Notes: generated by a model not told the origin, from the letters alone. A stretch of DNA of 63,445 nucleotides, filler included, from 8 parts of 8 records of this genome joined end to end with filler, not necessarily neighbours in it, one strand, 5' to 3'; positions 18,088 to 29,840 are shown, counted from the first letter of the whole stretch. A program made the numbers and translations.

Positions 18088-19116
18088 CTATCTGTTAACT
18101 CTCCCAGATCCATCTCCATCCATCAGTTTCTCAACTTCATCCGCTTTAACACGGTTAAAGTCGCCAGAAATAGAATGCTTCAAACAACTAGCAGCAACGG
18201 CAAACTCAAGTGCAGCTTGCTTGTCTTCATATCTATTAAGTCCAGCAATAATTCCACCAGAGAAAGAATCCCCGCCACCAACTCTGTCGATAATATCATT
18301 GATCATATATTTTTTACTTAAATAAAAGTTTTCTCTATCATTCAAACATGCAGCCCAACCGTTAATATCAGCAGATTTACTCTCACGCAATGTAATAGCA
18401 ATCATCTTCATATCAGGGAACTGTTTCAAAACTTCATTTCCAAGCTCTTCATACTTTTTACTATCAAGCTCACCCTTTTCAACATCAACATCAACGCTAA
18501 TACCCAACGATTTTTGGCAATCTTCTTCGTTAGCAATTCCAACATCAACATATTTAACAAGTTCTCTCATAACATCAACCGTATCTTCGCCATACTTCCA
18601 AAGTTTTTTTCTATAGTTAAAGTCACAAGAAACAGTAACACCGTGCTTTTTCGCTATCTTAACAGCTTCTAAAGAAGCTTCTTTAGCTTTTACACTAATA
18701 GCAGGCGTAATACCAGTAATATGAAACCACTCAGCATCTTTAAAAATACCGTCCCAATCTATTTCATCTTTTTCAAGCAAAGATATGGACGAATACTCTC
18801 TGTCATAAACCACATTTGATGCCCTTTGGTTTGCTCCACCTTCTAAAAAATAAATCCCTACCCTGCCATCTCTTCTCACAATCGAGCAAGTATTAACACC
18901 AAATCCTCTAACTTCTCTAATACAAGCATCAGCAATATCATTATCAGGAAGTGCAGTTATAAACTTAACGTCCATCCCAAAATTAGCAAGCGATATTGCA
19001 ACATTAGCCTCTCCACCACCAAATGTAGCTTCAAGCATATGGTTTTGAAAAAACTTCTCATGTCCAGGAGACTTTAATCTCAACATTATTTCACCAAAAG
19101 TTACAAATTTACTCAT
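18088..19116 (-). CDS. kdgK: 2-dehydro-3-deoxygluconokinase (PfkB family)
   Basis: [37 protein letters not shown] and DRVGGGDSF motifs; next to eda. Confidence 0.9.
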   Translation of the reverse strand: MSKFVTFGEIMLRLKSPGHEKFFQNHMLEATFGGGEANVAISLANFGMDVKFITALPDNDIADACIREVRGFGVNTCSIVRRDGRVGIYFLEGGANQRASNVVYDREYSSISLLEKDEIDWDGIFKDAEWFHITGITPAISVKAKEASLEAVKIAKKHGVTVSCDFNYRKKLWKYGEDTVDVMRELVKYVDVGIANEEDCQKSLGISVDVDVEKGELDSKKYEELGNEVLKQFPDMKMIAITLRESKSADINGWAACLNDRENFYLSKKYMINDIIDRVGGGDSFSGGIIAGLNRYEDKQAALEFAVAASCLKHSISGDFNRVKADEVEKLMDGDGSGRVNR

Positions 19117-19194
19117 AATAAATAATCCTCTCTATCTTTTTTCAATACATATAAAAACATAACCAAGCGTACAAAAATAAATCAACAACCAAAA

Positions 19195-20151
19195 TTATTT
19201 TTGAAGCAAGTGTACTCCAAAGCCAGCAACTTCATCTTCCAAATAAACAGCAATCTTCTTATCACCCTTAGATTTCAAAGTAGACATATCAACTTTGTAT
19301 CCTCTTTGCTTTAAATAATATATAGCTCTGTCAATGTTATTTGTAGAAACAGCAATATGACCGTTTTCACCAATACCTTTTCCATTCATAATCTCAAAAC
19401 CTTTACCAACAAAGTTAGAGCTATTACCAGTCTTAACCCCAAATCCAAACATATCATCAACCTTAGAAGCAACTTTCAACGATTCTTCACCGCCACTAGT
19501 ATTAATACCTATGTGAATAAGTTCAAATCCAAGCAATACGTCAATAGAATCCTTAACTGTCTTAGCGATGTTATCATAGTTGCCTGCCTTCATATCAGCT
19601 CCACTACATAACCATCCACCACCAATAGCATGAATAAATTCCTTATCAGCAAATTCACTAAGATTTTTAAGGCTAACACCACCTGTCGGCACAAACTTAA
19701 CCATTCTATACGGTCCATACAAAGCCTTACATCCGTTTATACCCCCATAAACACTAGCTGGAAAAAACTTAACTATATCAACCCCCATAGAAAGAGCGTG
19801 ATCAATCTCAGTAGGTGTAACACAACCAGGTGTAATCATAACATCATTATCCAAACAATAGGATACAACATCATCATTAAAACCAGGACTAACAATAAAC
19901 TTAGCTCCAGCCTCAACAGCCGCCTTACACTGATCAAGATTCAAAACAGTTCCAGCACCAACCAAAATTTCCGGATATTTTTCACTAACCATTTTAATAG
20001 CAGGAAGCCCACAATCAGTTCTAAGTGTAATCTCCATAATAGGAAGCCCACCCTCAATCATAGCCTTAGCAGTAGAATCAACATAATCCATGCTATCAAA
20101 AACAACAACAGGAACAAGTCCCATCAAACCAACTTTCTCACTTATAGTCAT
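19195..20151 (-). CDS. eda: KDPG/KHG aldolase, long clostridial form with C-terminal extension
   Basis: EITLRT, VGAGTV, FIVSPG, PGCVTPTE, VKFFPA and FVPTGGV motifs, plus about 110 aa C-terminal domain. Confidence 0.9.
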   Translation of the reverse strand: MTISEKVGLMGLVPVVVFDSMDYVDSTAKAMIEGGLPIMEITLRTDCGLPAIKMVSEKYPEILVGAGTVLNLDQCKAAVEAGAKFIVSPGFNDDVVSYCLDNDVMITPGCVTPTEIDHALSMGVDIVKFFPASVYGGINGCKALYGPYRMVKFVPTGGVSLKNLSEFADKEFIHAIGGGWLCSGADMKAGNYDNIAKTVKDSIDVLLGFELIHIGINTSGGEESLKVASKVDDMFGFGVKTGNSSNFVGKGFEIMNGKGIGENGHIAVSTNNIDRAIYYLKQRGYKVDMSTLKSKGDKKIAVYLEDEVAGFGVHLLQK

Positions 20152-20164
20152 AACATACTCCTTT

Positions 20165-20229
20165 GTTCGTTATTTGAACTTGACATTCTTTATATGAACA
20201 TAATACTACTTAAAACTATAAACTGTCAA
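20165..20229 (-). promoter_or_regulatory. eda promoter with two IclR-type operators
   Basis: TTGACA (20229-20224)-18bp-TATTAT, then GTTCATATAAAGAAT and GTTCAAATAACGAAC (GTTC-N7-GAAC palindromes). Confidence 0.6.
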
Positions 20230-20278
20230 GAAAAAAAGAGCCAACTAGCCCTTTTAAACCATAATAAATATTTATTTT

Positions 20279-21037
20279 TTAGCCAACATAACCCATCTTT
20301 TCAGAAATCTTTCTAGCAGTATTTTTAACCCCAACAACAACAGCAGAATTCTCATCCATTATATACTCTCTTATGTTTCCAGATGTGCTAATCGCCGCAA
20401 TCACCTTTCCCCTATAATCTATGATTGGAGCCGAAACACAGTAAATATCAGGCTCATTCTCCTCATCATCAATGCCATATCCATTTTTTCGCACAAATTC
20501 AACTTCAGCTAAAATATCATCAATATCAGTATGCGTATGTTCAGTCAATTTTTCAATTCCTCTAGATTCAACAATGTCAATAATCTCTTTATTCTCAAAT
20601 CCACTCAGCAAAGATTTCCCAAGCGATGTGCAATAAACAGGCATACGATGGCCAATAGCAGAAAACATTCGAATAGATGTAATCGGTTCAATCTTTTCAA
20701 TATAAACTACCTCCCCATCAGACAACATGCCCATGTGGCATACCTGATTAAGTTTTAAAGATAACTCACGAAGCAAAGGCACAGCTTCAGTCTTTAGTTC
20801 AAGTTGATTCAGCTTTAGGCTTGCAATCTCAACTACTTTAAGTCCAAGCTTATACTTACCGTTGTTCTCATCTTTTTCTATATATCCTTTGTTTTGCAGT
20901 GTATATATAAGCCTTGCAACAGTAGTTCTGTTAAGCCCCATATTCTTTTCAATATCCTGTGCAGACATCTTTTCCAAAGATATAAGCTCCAAAACACATA
21001 AAGCTCTTTCAACAGTCTGTAAATTCATATTATCCAT
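20279..21037 (-). CDS. IclR family transcriptional regulator (KdgR-like)
   Basis: QTVERAL..LE HTH, Y.LG, CTSLGKSLL and GYGIDDEENE...CVSAPI motifs. Confidence 0.92.
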   Translation of the reverse strand: MDNMNLQTVERALCVLELISLEKMSAQDIEKNMGLNRTTVARLIYTLQNKGYIEKDENNGKYKLGLKVVEIASLKLNQLELKTEAVPLLRELSLKLNQVCHMGMLSDGEVVYIEKIEPITSIRMFSAIGHRMPVYCTSLGKSLLSGFENKEIIDIVESRGIEKLTEHTHTDIDDILAEVEFVRKNGYGIDDEENEPDIYCVSAPIIDYRGKVIAAISTSGNIREYIMDENSAVVVGVKNTARKISEKMGYVG

Positions 21038-21245
21038 TAAAAAAAATCGTTTCCTTTCACTGTAACTATTCTTATCATCAAAACCACAAATAGTTATAAA
21101 AATAATGCTTTACACATTAAAGTCTCCAAATACTTATTAGCGTTATGATTGTATCAGCTTTTATATAATTTTATCAACATTTTTTTACACATACCATAAT
21201 CATTTAATCATTATTACAAAGTCAAAATAGCAAATTCAATTTTTT

Positions 21246-21345
21246 NNNNNNNNNNNNNNNNNNNNNNNNNNNNNNNNNNNNNNNNNNNNTTAATTAATTA
21301 ANNNNNNNNNNNNNNNNNNNNNNNNNNNNNNNNNNNNNNNNNNNN
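21246..21345. other. Artificial contig spacer
   Basis: N44-TTAATTAATTAA-N44. Confidence 0.99.
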
Positions 21346-21534
21346 TTTTTTAGATGAGTAGGCATGTTTCACAACATTCGTACATGCCTCATCACAAGCC
21401 AATTCAATTTTGCTGACATCATCGTTTTTAAAACCGACCTTTTCTGCAACCTTGCCAACAAAAGTCCGGATTAAATCCAGATTATCAGTTTGGCTTGGCA
21501 CACGTAATTTGTATTCGTGCTTAAGTTTTGGCAT
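21346..21534 (-). CDS. rsbW: Anti-sigma factor Ser/Thr kinase (RsbW-like), 3' truncated
   Basis: VPS...NL..IR.FV...A...GF....IELACDEACTNVVKHAY (N-box). Confidence 0.85.
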
Positions 21535-21581
21535 TGCGGCTCCTATTTTTTACATCCCAATTGCCATTTCAGAGTGATCCT

Positions 21582-21926
21582 TTACTCGTATTTCTTGACA
21601 GCATCATCTTCATCTTCCACTATATCATATAATGTAGGGAAGCCAAGAAGATCAAAAACCCGATATATTTTTTTATTCATATTTGACAACTTGATATCTC
21701 CACCCTGGTCCCGGATCTGCTCAATGAAGCCCATAAATACACCCAATCCGGCACTGCTGATATAACTGAGCTCCTGAAAATTTACAATAATTTTGTACCT
21801 GTTTTCATCTACCAACTTTTGGATAGCCTCCTCTAGCTGTGGAGCCGTGTGGGCATCCAAAAAGCCTCCTATTTTCAATGTTGAAAGGGTTTCTCCGTCA
21901 AGTCGATTGACATAAAAATTCTCCAT
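21582..21926 (-). CDS. rsbV: Anti-sigma factor antagonist (STAS, RsbV-like)
   Basis: G.LDAHTAPQL, YISSAGLG (phospho-Ser motif) and GGDIKL. Confidence 0.9.
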   Translation of the reverse strand: MENFYVNRLDGETLSTLKIGGFLDAHTAPQLEEAIQKLVDENRYKIIVNFQELSYISSAGLGVFMGFIEQIRDQGGDIKLSNMNKKIYRVFDLLGFPTLYDIVEDEDDAVKKYE

Positions 21927-21966
21927 TAAATAGCCTCCATAAATCTTAAATGAACCGAAAAACTTG

Positions 21967-24060
21967 TCATGTCTTGATAATTACAAAAGTCATATCGTCA
22001 TGCACTTTTTCATTTCCAACAAAATATTTTATATCTTTAATCAATTTATTTATTATATCATTTGATTTCAAATTTTTTGCTGATAAAAAGGATTTTTCTA
22101 ATCTTTCTTCACCATACTCCTGTCCTGCTTTATTTCGAGCTTCGATAGCTCCATCCGTATATAATAATAATGTCTGCCCCTTTTCCAAAGAAATATTATT
22201 CTCTTTTAACGATTTACTAAAAATAGGACCCCGTTCCAGTCCAACAGCAATCCCCCCGGGTTCCAGCACCTCCATATTATCCATGCCATCAAAAGAACGT
22301 AGAATGGGACAATGACCAGCTCTGCAAAAGGTAAATTGCTTTGTCTCACAATCAATAATTCCATATATTAACGTTATAAAAATATTTCGGTCAATATTTT
22401 CATAAAACGTTCGATTCGTGGAAATGAGCGTTTTTTTGGGTGAAGATTGATTTTTAGAGATAGCTTCCATAATACCTTTAATTTCAGCCATAAAGAAAGC
22501 TGCTGATGGTCCTTTTCCTGAAACGTCTCCCACAACGATGCCTAATTTGTTCTCATCCAGCTTGAAGAAATCATAATAATCTCCACCAACTTCATTTGCG
22601 GTTTTACAGATTGCTTCAATGTTAATTCCTTTGAGACGAGGCATTTCTTTTGGCAACAGTTTCATTTGAGCATCATGAGCTATTTTCAACTCCTGCTCCA
22701 GTCGTTCTTTAATAATAGACTCTTTAATAAGTCTTGAATTTTCAATCGCTATCACCACCTGTTCAGAAAAGGCTTTGAGCATATCAATATCATCTTGCTC
22801 AAATCCATATTCCTCAACACTTCCGGCATATAAAAATCCGATAAACGCATCCCCTGTCATGAGTGGGACGCATATAACAGATTGTATGTCTCTTTTCCAT
22901 TTTCGTAATAATTTCGTCTCAGATAATTTAGATACCTGATTGCTTAAAAAAGGTCTTTTATGCTCCTTCATCCACATAACCAATGGTTCATCAAAGGAAA
23001 CATTTCGAGATTTTTTTTGTTTATCTGTTAAATTTCTTGCTGAAACCAGTTTTATCTGTTTTGAAGCAGGTTCGATCAGTTCAAGCCAGGAAAAACCTGC
23101 CTCTGTCACTTCCATAGCCAACTTTACTGTGGTTAATACCACTTTATCTAACTCAAATTCTGAACTCACCGCCCGACTCAGACGATGCAACGATGAAATC
23201 TGCTGCATTTTCTTGTCATAAATCGTGGCTGTAGGCAAATGGGCCAGGAGAACGAAATATGAAATAAACATATATACTGTAAGAAATAAAACACTGTTTG
23301 TTACAAATTGCCCAAGAGTAGGACTAAAAAGTTCGGTGATATTAAAATCTTGAAAAACAAAATTTAAATGTAACTGAATGGGTAATAATAACAAACCACC
23401 CCAAAAACAGGTTAATTTTTGTCTTTTATTTAAATAATTGATCCATGAAACTCGAAAAGAATTAATGACGATCAAATTAATGAGAATAAATGATATGATA
23501 TAGATAAAGACACTGGGGAAACTTTTAACATCAAAGGAATGAAATGTACGATCTGCCCCTGAGTTAATAATAGCATATATAAAAAGACTAATCATTAACA
23601 AGTTAAAATTACGTGATGTTGATTTTTTTCGTTTAATAAATATCAGGTTTCGAAGAGTACCAAGAGAAAGCAAAACAAATATTGTCAGAAAAAAAGCCCA
23701 TGACATTACGAACAGATAAACAGCAAAACTTGAATAAATAGACTGAATTTCTGAGAAATCGCCGGCAAGTCGTGTAAAATTCCCCCTGGAAACAAAAATG
23801 GCTATATAGGTAAAAACGACAAGGAAAAAAATAAAACGCAATCCCCGTAACGCGTTACGATCGGATGCCCATTTTTGGAAATAGACCAGAGGTAAAGAAA
23901 GACCAAAAGCCAGAATAATAAACCATTCCCGGGTATAAGTGATAATACTCTCGTCTATAAAACCAGACACAAGATTCAAATCCAGGACAATGGCCACTAC
24001 AAACAGGCTAACAGGAATTAGCAAAAACAAACGATTTAATTTTTCAATTTTTTCTTTCAA
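21967..24060 (-). CDS. Membrane-bound GAF + SpoIIE/PP2C phosphatase (RsbU-like)
   Basis: Several N-terminal TMs and a GAF domain. EVGGDYYD, GDVSGKG, AGH, YTDG..E and DDMT motifs. Confidence 0.9.
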   Translation of the reverse strand: MKEKIEKLNRLFLLIPVSLFVVAIVLDLNLVSGFIDESIITYTREWFIILAFGLSLPLVYFQKWASDRNALRGLRFIFFLVVFTYIAIFVSRGNFTRLAGDFSEIQSIYSSFAVYLFVMSWAFFLTIFVLLSLGTLRNLIFIKRKKSTSRNFNLLMISLFIYAIINSGADRTFHSFDVKSFPSVFIYIISFILINLIVINSFRVSWINYLNKRQKLTCFWGGLLLLPIQLHLNFVFQDFNITELFSPTLGQFVTNSVLFLTVYMFISYFVLLAHLPTATIYDKKMQQISSLHRLSRAVSSEFELDKVVLTTVKLAMEVTEAGFSWLELIEPASKQIKLVSARNLTDKQKKSRNVSFDEPLVMWMKEHKRPFLSNQVSKLSETKLLRKWKRDIQSVICVPLMTGDAFIGFLYAGSVEEYGFEQDDIDMLKAFSEQVVIAIENSRLIKESIIKERLEQELKIAHDAQMKLLPKEMPRLKGINIEAICKTANEVGGDYYDFFKLDENKLGIVVGDVSGKGPSAAFFMAEIKGIMEAISKNQSSPKKTLISTNRTFYENIDRNIFITLIYGIIDCETKQFTFCRAGHCPILRSFDGMDNMEVLEPGGIAVGLERGPIFSKSLKENNISLEKGQTLLLYTDGAIEARNKAGQEYGEERLEKSFLSAKNLKSNDIINKLIKDIKYFVGNEKVHDDMTFVIIKT

Positions 24061-24117
24061 TTCGGATTCATTCGTTTAGTGTTAGCTAATCAGGTTTATT
24101 AATTGTGTATTTGTGAA

Positions 24118-25380
24118 TTAATGATATTCAATAGCCACGTCTGACGGTGATATAAATCCGCCAACCGTTGTTATGGTGTTTCCATCTTCAGATACTCGCC
24201 ACAAACCAGACGTACCTAATCCGGTATCTGCAACAAGACAAGAACCATCGAATTGATTAACCGCAAGACTTGTGGGAAAGCCAAAACTTTTAATTTCGAA
24301 TAATATGTCTCCGTTCTCCGTCATCTTTATCAAGCTGGCAGGTTCACCTGTGGCTTCCATGTCAATGACCCAAATAACATCTCTGACGTTATCTATGCCA
24401 ACATAGGCGGCATTATAAAATCCATTTATTTTAACCGGTTCGCTGTTCATGTCATCTAATCGGAGGACTTGCGTACTATCCGCAATCCAAACGACAGCTT
24501 TGCTGGAATTGATTGAAATATCTTTAGGTGCCTGCAGGATGACAGCAGAGATACTTATTTTTATTCCATTATAGCTATAACGAATAACCTGTTTGGTGCC
24601 ATTGTCAATCACCCAACAACTATGATCCCGGCTGTCTACCGCAAGAGCACCTGGCTTTTCAAGATTCCTGGCCGTAAATGAAATAAATCCCGAATGATTT
24701 AGCCTGATCAGAGCACTGCTGTCCGCAACCGAATACCAAAGTTCATTGAAAATAGTATCAACAGCCATATCTGTGACACCAAATAGATTGTCTCGTATGA
24801 CATCTCTACTACCGAACTGGTTAATTTTATATAATGTATTTGAAAAACGAGAATAAGCCCATGCTGAACGCTCTCTGGGACTAGCAGCCACAAGTGATGG
24901 AAAACCAGATACCGCATAATTAAAGAACCGGAACTGCATATCATGATTCAGACGGGAAAAAACGCCTTCAAGCTGATCCGCAACCCAGGTATAAGTAGGA
25001 CCTGGTGTAATAGCTACGATCCTTGAAGATGGACTTTCATAGTCATTAGCCAGTGCCGTGATCTGGTACTGATAAGTCATGCCATATTCCACTGAATCGT
25101 CAAAATAAGAAGAACTCGTTGGTTCCGTAGTATCCAGAAGAATAAAAGAACTGTCCTGTGTTGTTTTTCGGTAAATATTAATTATTTCCAGACCAGCAAG
25201 ATTTATAGAGTTCCATGTCAGGTTTACACTTTTTTCCCTGGAAATAACAGATAAATTTGTTGGTTGTCCCCTCGTTTGTGAATTCTGAGGATCAAGGGGA
25301 TTATTTCTATCACGCTCGGAGCATGAGAAAATGCAGATTGTAGAAATCAAGCATAGCAGAACGAAAATGCTTTTATTCAT
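24118..25380 (-). CDS. Lipoprotein with FN3 domain and NHL-like beta-propeller
   Basis: Lipobox FSC, R.NPLDP, FN3 (LTW...IYR...Y.YQITA), and repeated LAVD....WV.D blades. Confidence 0.75.
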   Translation of the reverse strand: MNKSIFVLLCLISTICIFSCSERDRNNPLDPQNSQTRGQPTNLSVISREKSVNLTWNSINLAGLEIINIYRKTTQDSSFILLDTTEPTSSSYFDDSVEYGMTYQYQITALANDYESPSSRIVAITPGPTYTWVADQLEGVFSRLNHDMQFRFFNYAVSGFPSLVAASPRERSAWAYSRFSNTLYKINQFGSRDVIRDNLFGVTDMAVDTIFNELWYSVADSSALIRLNHSGFISFTARNLEKPGALAVDSRDHSCWVIDNGTKQVIRYSYNGIKISISAVILQAPKDISINSSKAVVWIADSTQVLRLDDMNSEPVKINGFYNAAYVGIDNVRDVIWVIDMEATGEPASLIKMTENGDILFEIKSFGFPTSLAVNQFDGSCLVADTGLGTSGLWRVSEDGNTITTVGGFISPSDVAIEYH

Positions 25381-25968
25381 ATGTATAAAGGCTACAATAG
25401 ATTAAATTTTTACCAGATTATAATACCTTTAATTTCAAACAATGCTCCAGTTCACGTAACTCAATCCTAATAAACTGACTGTTTGAAATTTAAAGTCCTC
25501 GTTTATTAACTATACGATATTCTTTTTTTATAAGTTTCTTATTAATTTTATTAAATTAAACAAAGCTATGGATTAAATCAAGTTAAATGTAATAATATAG
25601 ATGACATAAATATAGTACACATGTTACTATAAAGTATAAGAAAGATCGCTTACAGGTTGGAGCACATCACAGTAACATTTCAAACTAGTTCCTATTTCTC
25701 ATGGTTAAAGGCATGTGCTGTAAAATGGTGAAATTTTCGTTATTTTACTTTCGAATCTTCTTGCAAAAATCCGACTTGCAGGCAAACCAGCATTGAAACA
25801 GAAATTCTATCCAGAATAAATATTCTGATCAGGTAAAAGTAAGCCACTCTGCTGCAATATTTACTCTATTAAGATTTACATTTTTATATTTTTCAAATGT
25901 TTTATTTTGAGATTATTTCTGATATTTACCATCTGTTATAACCATCCCCATAATAAATCCCGGAAAAT

Positions 25969-26013
25969 AAAAAACCGTGATCCTCATTGATATCATCAAT
26001 AAGAATCACGGTT
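25969..26013 (-). terminator. Intrinsic terminator
   Basis: AACCGTGAT...ATCACGGTT long stem with a T tract on the minus strand, downstream of the stop at 26088. Confidence 0.65.
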
Positions 26014-26087
26014 ATATTGGCATCTATTTTCCGGTTTTCATTTTTCAATGAAACCAAACGACAATAAAATACACAAGTTAAAAAAGG

Positions 26088-27731
26088 TTATCTTAAAAAG
26101 CGCTCAACCAACTTTTTAAGTCCACCACCCGTATAATCATCCTCATCATTCTCTTCATAATATGTTTCGGTCGTTTCTGCTGGAGGTTCCTTTTTCTGTC
26201 CGTTGCGTATTTGCTCCTTTGCCTGAACGTACATAACTCGATTATCAATCGCAATGGCCATTTGATTCGCCATTATTTCAAGAACACTGATGGATTCCGG
26301 GCCAGGCATCCTGCAATTTTGGGGATCATCCGCCATAATGAATCCAATTATTTTTCCCTCTCTTGATTTAATCGGGACAAGTACCAGTGCTGAATGCGGC
26401 CAGCCATTCTTATAATGACCATTTTTATCGCTACCATAATAGATCCGCTTGTAATGTCTAAGAATTTCTTCCTCTTTTGTTACAATATAGGATTTTCCAT
26501 TTCGGTATTCATCACTTAACAGGTTGCTAAAATCCTTGAGATCATAAACTAATTCCCGAATTTGTAGGAGTTTAATCTTATCATCACAAGCGACAGCCTT
26601 TGTTTCCAGCAAACCGGTTTTTTTGCTTATTAACACGAGAGAAACAAGATTAAAATCAAGTGAAAATTTCACCGACCAGACGACTTCTTTCAATAATTCG
26701 CTCAAACTCAAGTAGAGTTTGAATATATTGCTGGACACCAAAACCTGTTTTAACCGGCGATTGCGTCTATTTAAGGTGGAAACCCGGTAATAATTTTCAA
26801 TAGCCATTGAAGTTAATTTACCAAAAATTTCCAGATTATGGAAAATATTTCGATCCGGTACATTACCTTCTTCAGGTTCATCTAATGAAATATATCCAAA
26901 TGTATTTCCTTTGTTATCAGATAAATTTAATAATATAAGATCTCGCTTATGCCATTGACTTTCCGGACGTCTTTTTTGAGTTCGACGTTCAGGTACACCG
27001 GGACTGATGTATTCATGAGAGTCTCTTTGATCCTGAGTGTAATATATTACTTTTATTTTAAATCTGTCAGCAAATATACGATCGATTACTTCCTGCGGTA
27101 CTTCAATGGCTCTACGTTCGATGGTGCCCATGTCTCTGGAAGTATAACCAACCATAGCCTGCTTAATAAACGCCTTTTTCTTTCTGTCAAGTAGAGCTAT
27201 CGTTGATCGATTAAATCCGAACAATTGGCATACAAGTTCAGAGATCCTTTTCAAGATCACATTGAGGGGTTCGTCATAGCTTAAATGAATGATATCCATC
27301 ACTTCAGATATCATTTTCTTTTGATCAACATGATTTTTGGGAACGGGCAATTCGTCCTTATTTTTCGAAATGCTTGCGATATTACCCCGAAAACCAATAA
27401 TGTTATTGACATTACCTTCTTCCCTTAACACCTTAATTCTCAATTCGATAGGATGCTTTTCACCATATTTATTATTGAGAAAAAGGGAGTATAAAATACT
27501 CGTTTCCCGTAAATCAGAATTTAATATTTTATCAAAAAATCGTTGTTCTTCTTCATTTGAAATGAGATCTGCTATAGAGAGCTCTAAAAGTTCGTCTTCA
27601 TCATACCCCGTGAGATTTTTAATCATCTTGCTGGCAGACAGAAAACGCCCTTTTTTATCACAGATAAAATATCCTTCAGCAATGTTTTCATCTCTTTTCA
27701 GAATATTTACTCCTTCATTAATCACATCCAA
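26088..27731 (-). CDS. PAS-GAF-GAF sensor protein without evident output domain
   Basis: PAS (D..GRF..AS....LTGY..DEL) and two GAF domains ending AIEN and AIAIDN, then a short acidic tail. Start uncertain. Confidence 0.7.
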   Translation of the reverse strand: MDVINEGVNILKRDENIAEGYFICDKKGRFLSASKMIKNLTGYDEDELLELSIADLISNEEEQRFFDKILNSDLRETSILYSLFLNNKYGEKHPIELRIKVLREEGNVNNIIGFRGNIASISKNKDELPVPKNHVDQKKMISEVMDIIHLSYDEPLNVILKRISELVCQLFGFNRSTIALLDRKKKAFIKQAMVGYTSRDMGTIERRAIEVPQEVIDRIFADRFKIKVIYYTQDQRDSHEYISPGVPERRTQKRRPESQWHKRDLILLNLSDNKGNTFGYISLDEPEEGNVPDRNIFHNLEIFGKLTSMAIENYYRVSTLNRRNRRLKQVLVSSNIFKLYLSLSELLKEVVWSVKFSLDFNLVSLVLISKKTGLLETKAVACDDKIKLLQIRELVYDLKDFSNLLSDEYRNGKSYIVTKEEEILRHYKRIYYGSDKNGHYKNGWPHSALVLVPIKSREGKIIGFIMADDPQNCRMPGPESISVLEIMANQMAIAIDNRVMYVQAKEQIRNGQKKEPPAETTETYYEENDEDDYTGGGLKKLVERFLR

Positions 27732-28745
27732 CTTCCCGTCCTCCTCTTCCCTTGCTGCAGTTTCAAATTGCTCTAAAGTTTTACTAATTATTGGTAAGCA
27801 GGATAACTTTTTAAAATCACAGGATCGTCACACAGTATATTGCAAAAACAAAGCAATATTTAGGATTACAAAAAACAACAGGTCATCATCTTGTTACTTT
27901 TTTATCATTTGCGTCAATTAACACATTCTAACCTAAAATGTCAAGTATTTAAATGTTTTGAGGTTTTGTTACTTTTTTATCCCCTTTATGTCACACAGAT
28001 TAGCAATTAGTTGTTTTTTGTCCCATAAAGGAAACAATTGTTTAGTGATGCTTATTTTTTCCGTCACTCATTTATCACATTTTGAACACTTTACATAAAA
28101 ATTAACTCTTTTGAAGATTAATTGTTCAAAATTACGTTAAAAATGAGTCTAATAAACGTTTTAGCCGCTAATTGGCAGCATATTTGTGACGATTACTATA
28201 AAAGTGTCCATTTATAATGAAAGCAACTACTGCTTTTGTTAATCATATTAGCAATAAATATGCCAGTTCATCCGGATCACGGCGCTACGCCCTTGTTGCT
28301 TGTTTTTATTCTAGTTAGATACCTTTCCCTTCAAAACTTCTGCCGCTCTCGTGTGGCACACATTTCCAGACAGGTAATAATGTCGCTGAAGGGGATTTTT
28401 TTCCGATTGCTGTTTCAGATTAAAAGAAACAATAAAAACAGGCTGTTCATAATAATTATAACATTTTAAGAAAACAACTTTATTTCTAACAAAAGACAGT
28501 ATCCAACTGCTTTGTTGGGTAGAGAATATATTTGATCTGAAACATTTAAAAGGCGCATTTAAATGTTTGCTTTTTGGGTTTATTTTTGTTATACTAATAG
28601 GCTTGGTATTATTTTAAATAAAACTGCTTTATAAACAACATTTAAAAATCATCATTACAAATAACAATAGTAATGATTTGCTTGTTAAATTATTTTGTGG
28701 AGGAATGAGTGATCAACCAATAAAATTAAACCTCAGGAGGGAAGA

Positions 28746-29355
28746 TTGTTTAAAAAAACCTACATACACCGATTATTTAATATTAATCCTACTATACACA
28801 ACCTATTACTAGACGCACCTACCTCCAAAACGGCAAAGAATTTTTTGCTGACTTATGCTGAAGAGTTTGTCCGCGTCATGAACCGAGATATAAGCAAGAT
28901 CAAACCCCTTGAATGGGCCCTGCAAATGAGCTGCATTCAGGTATTCAAAAGAATTATCTCTACCCGAAGTGAAAAGCTTACCAAATTTAATATCAGCAAA
29001 ACTCTTTGGTTATTAGCTCATCAAAAATTTGATGAATTGCCTTCAGATCTAAATGATGCATTTTTTGAAGAAATGATGAATTTATTTTTAGGTATGCGTA
29101 GCCAAAGCGGCATTTATGATCAGGAAAAATATCCTGAGTATATGGATTATCATGGGCGAGATGCAGCTGTTTTACGTTCCGAACAACTCGATCAAATGGC
29201 TATGGCAAGCGCCGCGTACATAAAACGATATCCATCGGGACTTGATGAGGACATTATTCAAAAACGAGATGAGAATAAAAAACGTATCCTTGCCACGTTA
29301 AATGCATCAGAAAAAGATTGGGACAGCCATCTGTGGCATATTCAAAATGTTATAA
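28746..29355 (+). CDS. KamA-family radical SAM protein with long N-terminal extension, 3' truncated
   Basis: RYPSGLD......R..NK.RIL....A.E.DW....W...NVI resembles the region preceding the lysine 2,3-aminomutase-like core. TTG start after AGGAGG. The CxxxCxxC motif lies beyond the contig end. Confidence 0.6.
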
Positions 29356-29455
29356 NNNNNNNNNNNNNNNNNNNNNNNNNNNNNNNNNNNNNNNNNNNNT
29401 TAATTAATTAANNNNNNNNNNNNNNNNNNNNNNNNNNNNNNNNNNNNNNNNNNNN
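29356..29455. other. Artificial contig spacer
   Basis: N44-TTAATTAATTAA-N44. Confidence 0.99.
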
Positions 29456-29840
29456 TTCAGGAGAAACAGGTCATATGGAAGCAGTAGAAATCGAATATGC
29501 TGATTCAACGGTTAAACTGGAAAAGATACTGTATCATTTTTTTGAGATAATTGAACCAACATCTGTTAATAGACAGGGAAATGATGTGGGAACACAGTAT
29601 GCAACTGGCATATTCTATTCAAATGATGGTGACAAAGTGATAATAGATAATTTTATTAAAGATGAGCAAAAGAAGTATAGCAAAAAAATAGCAGTTAAAG
29701 TAGATGGAGAGCAGAAATTTTATCCAGCTGAGCAGTATCATCAAGAGTATCTTGAGAAAAATCCCATGGGTTATTGCCATGTTAATTTGAACAGTATCTC
29801 CAAAGCAGATTACCAAGAACCTGTTTTGACAAATAAATGA
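29456..29840 (+). CDS. msrA: Peptide methionine sulfoxide reductase MsrA, 5' truncated
   Basis: TGHMEAV, NRQGNDVGTQY and FYPAEQYHQEYLEKNP.GYCH motifs. Confidence 0.92.

Noticed and set aside
28172-28188. Sigma54 promoter TGGCA-N6-TTGT
   Set aside because: The -12 element is GT rather than GC, and the site is far from the next credible gene.
28236-28469. 77-aa ORF in the 1-kb intergenic region
   Set aside because: TTG start without RBS and no recognisable motif; cannot be supported.
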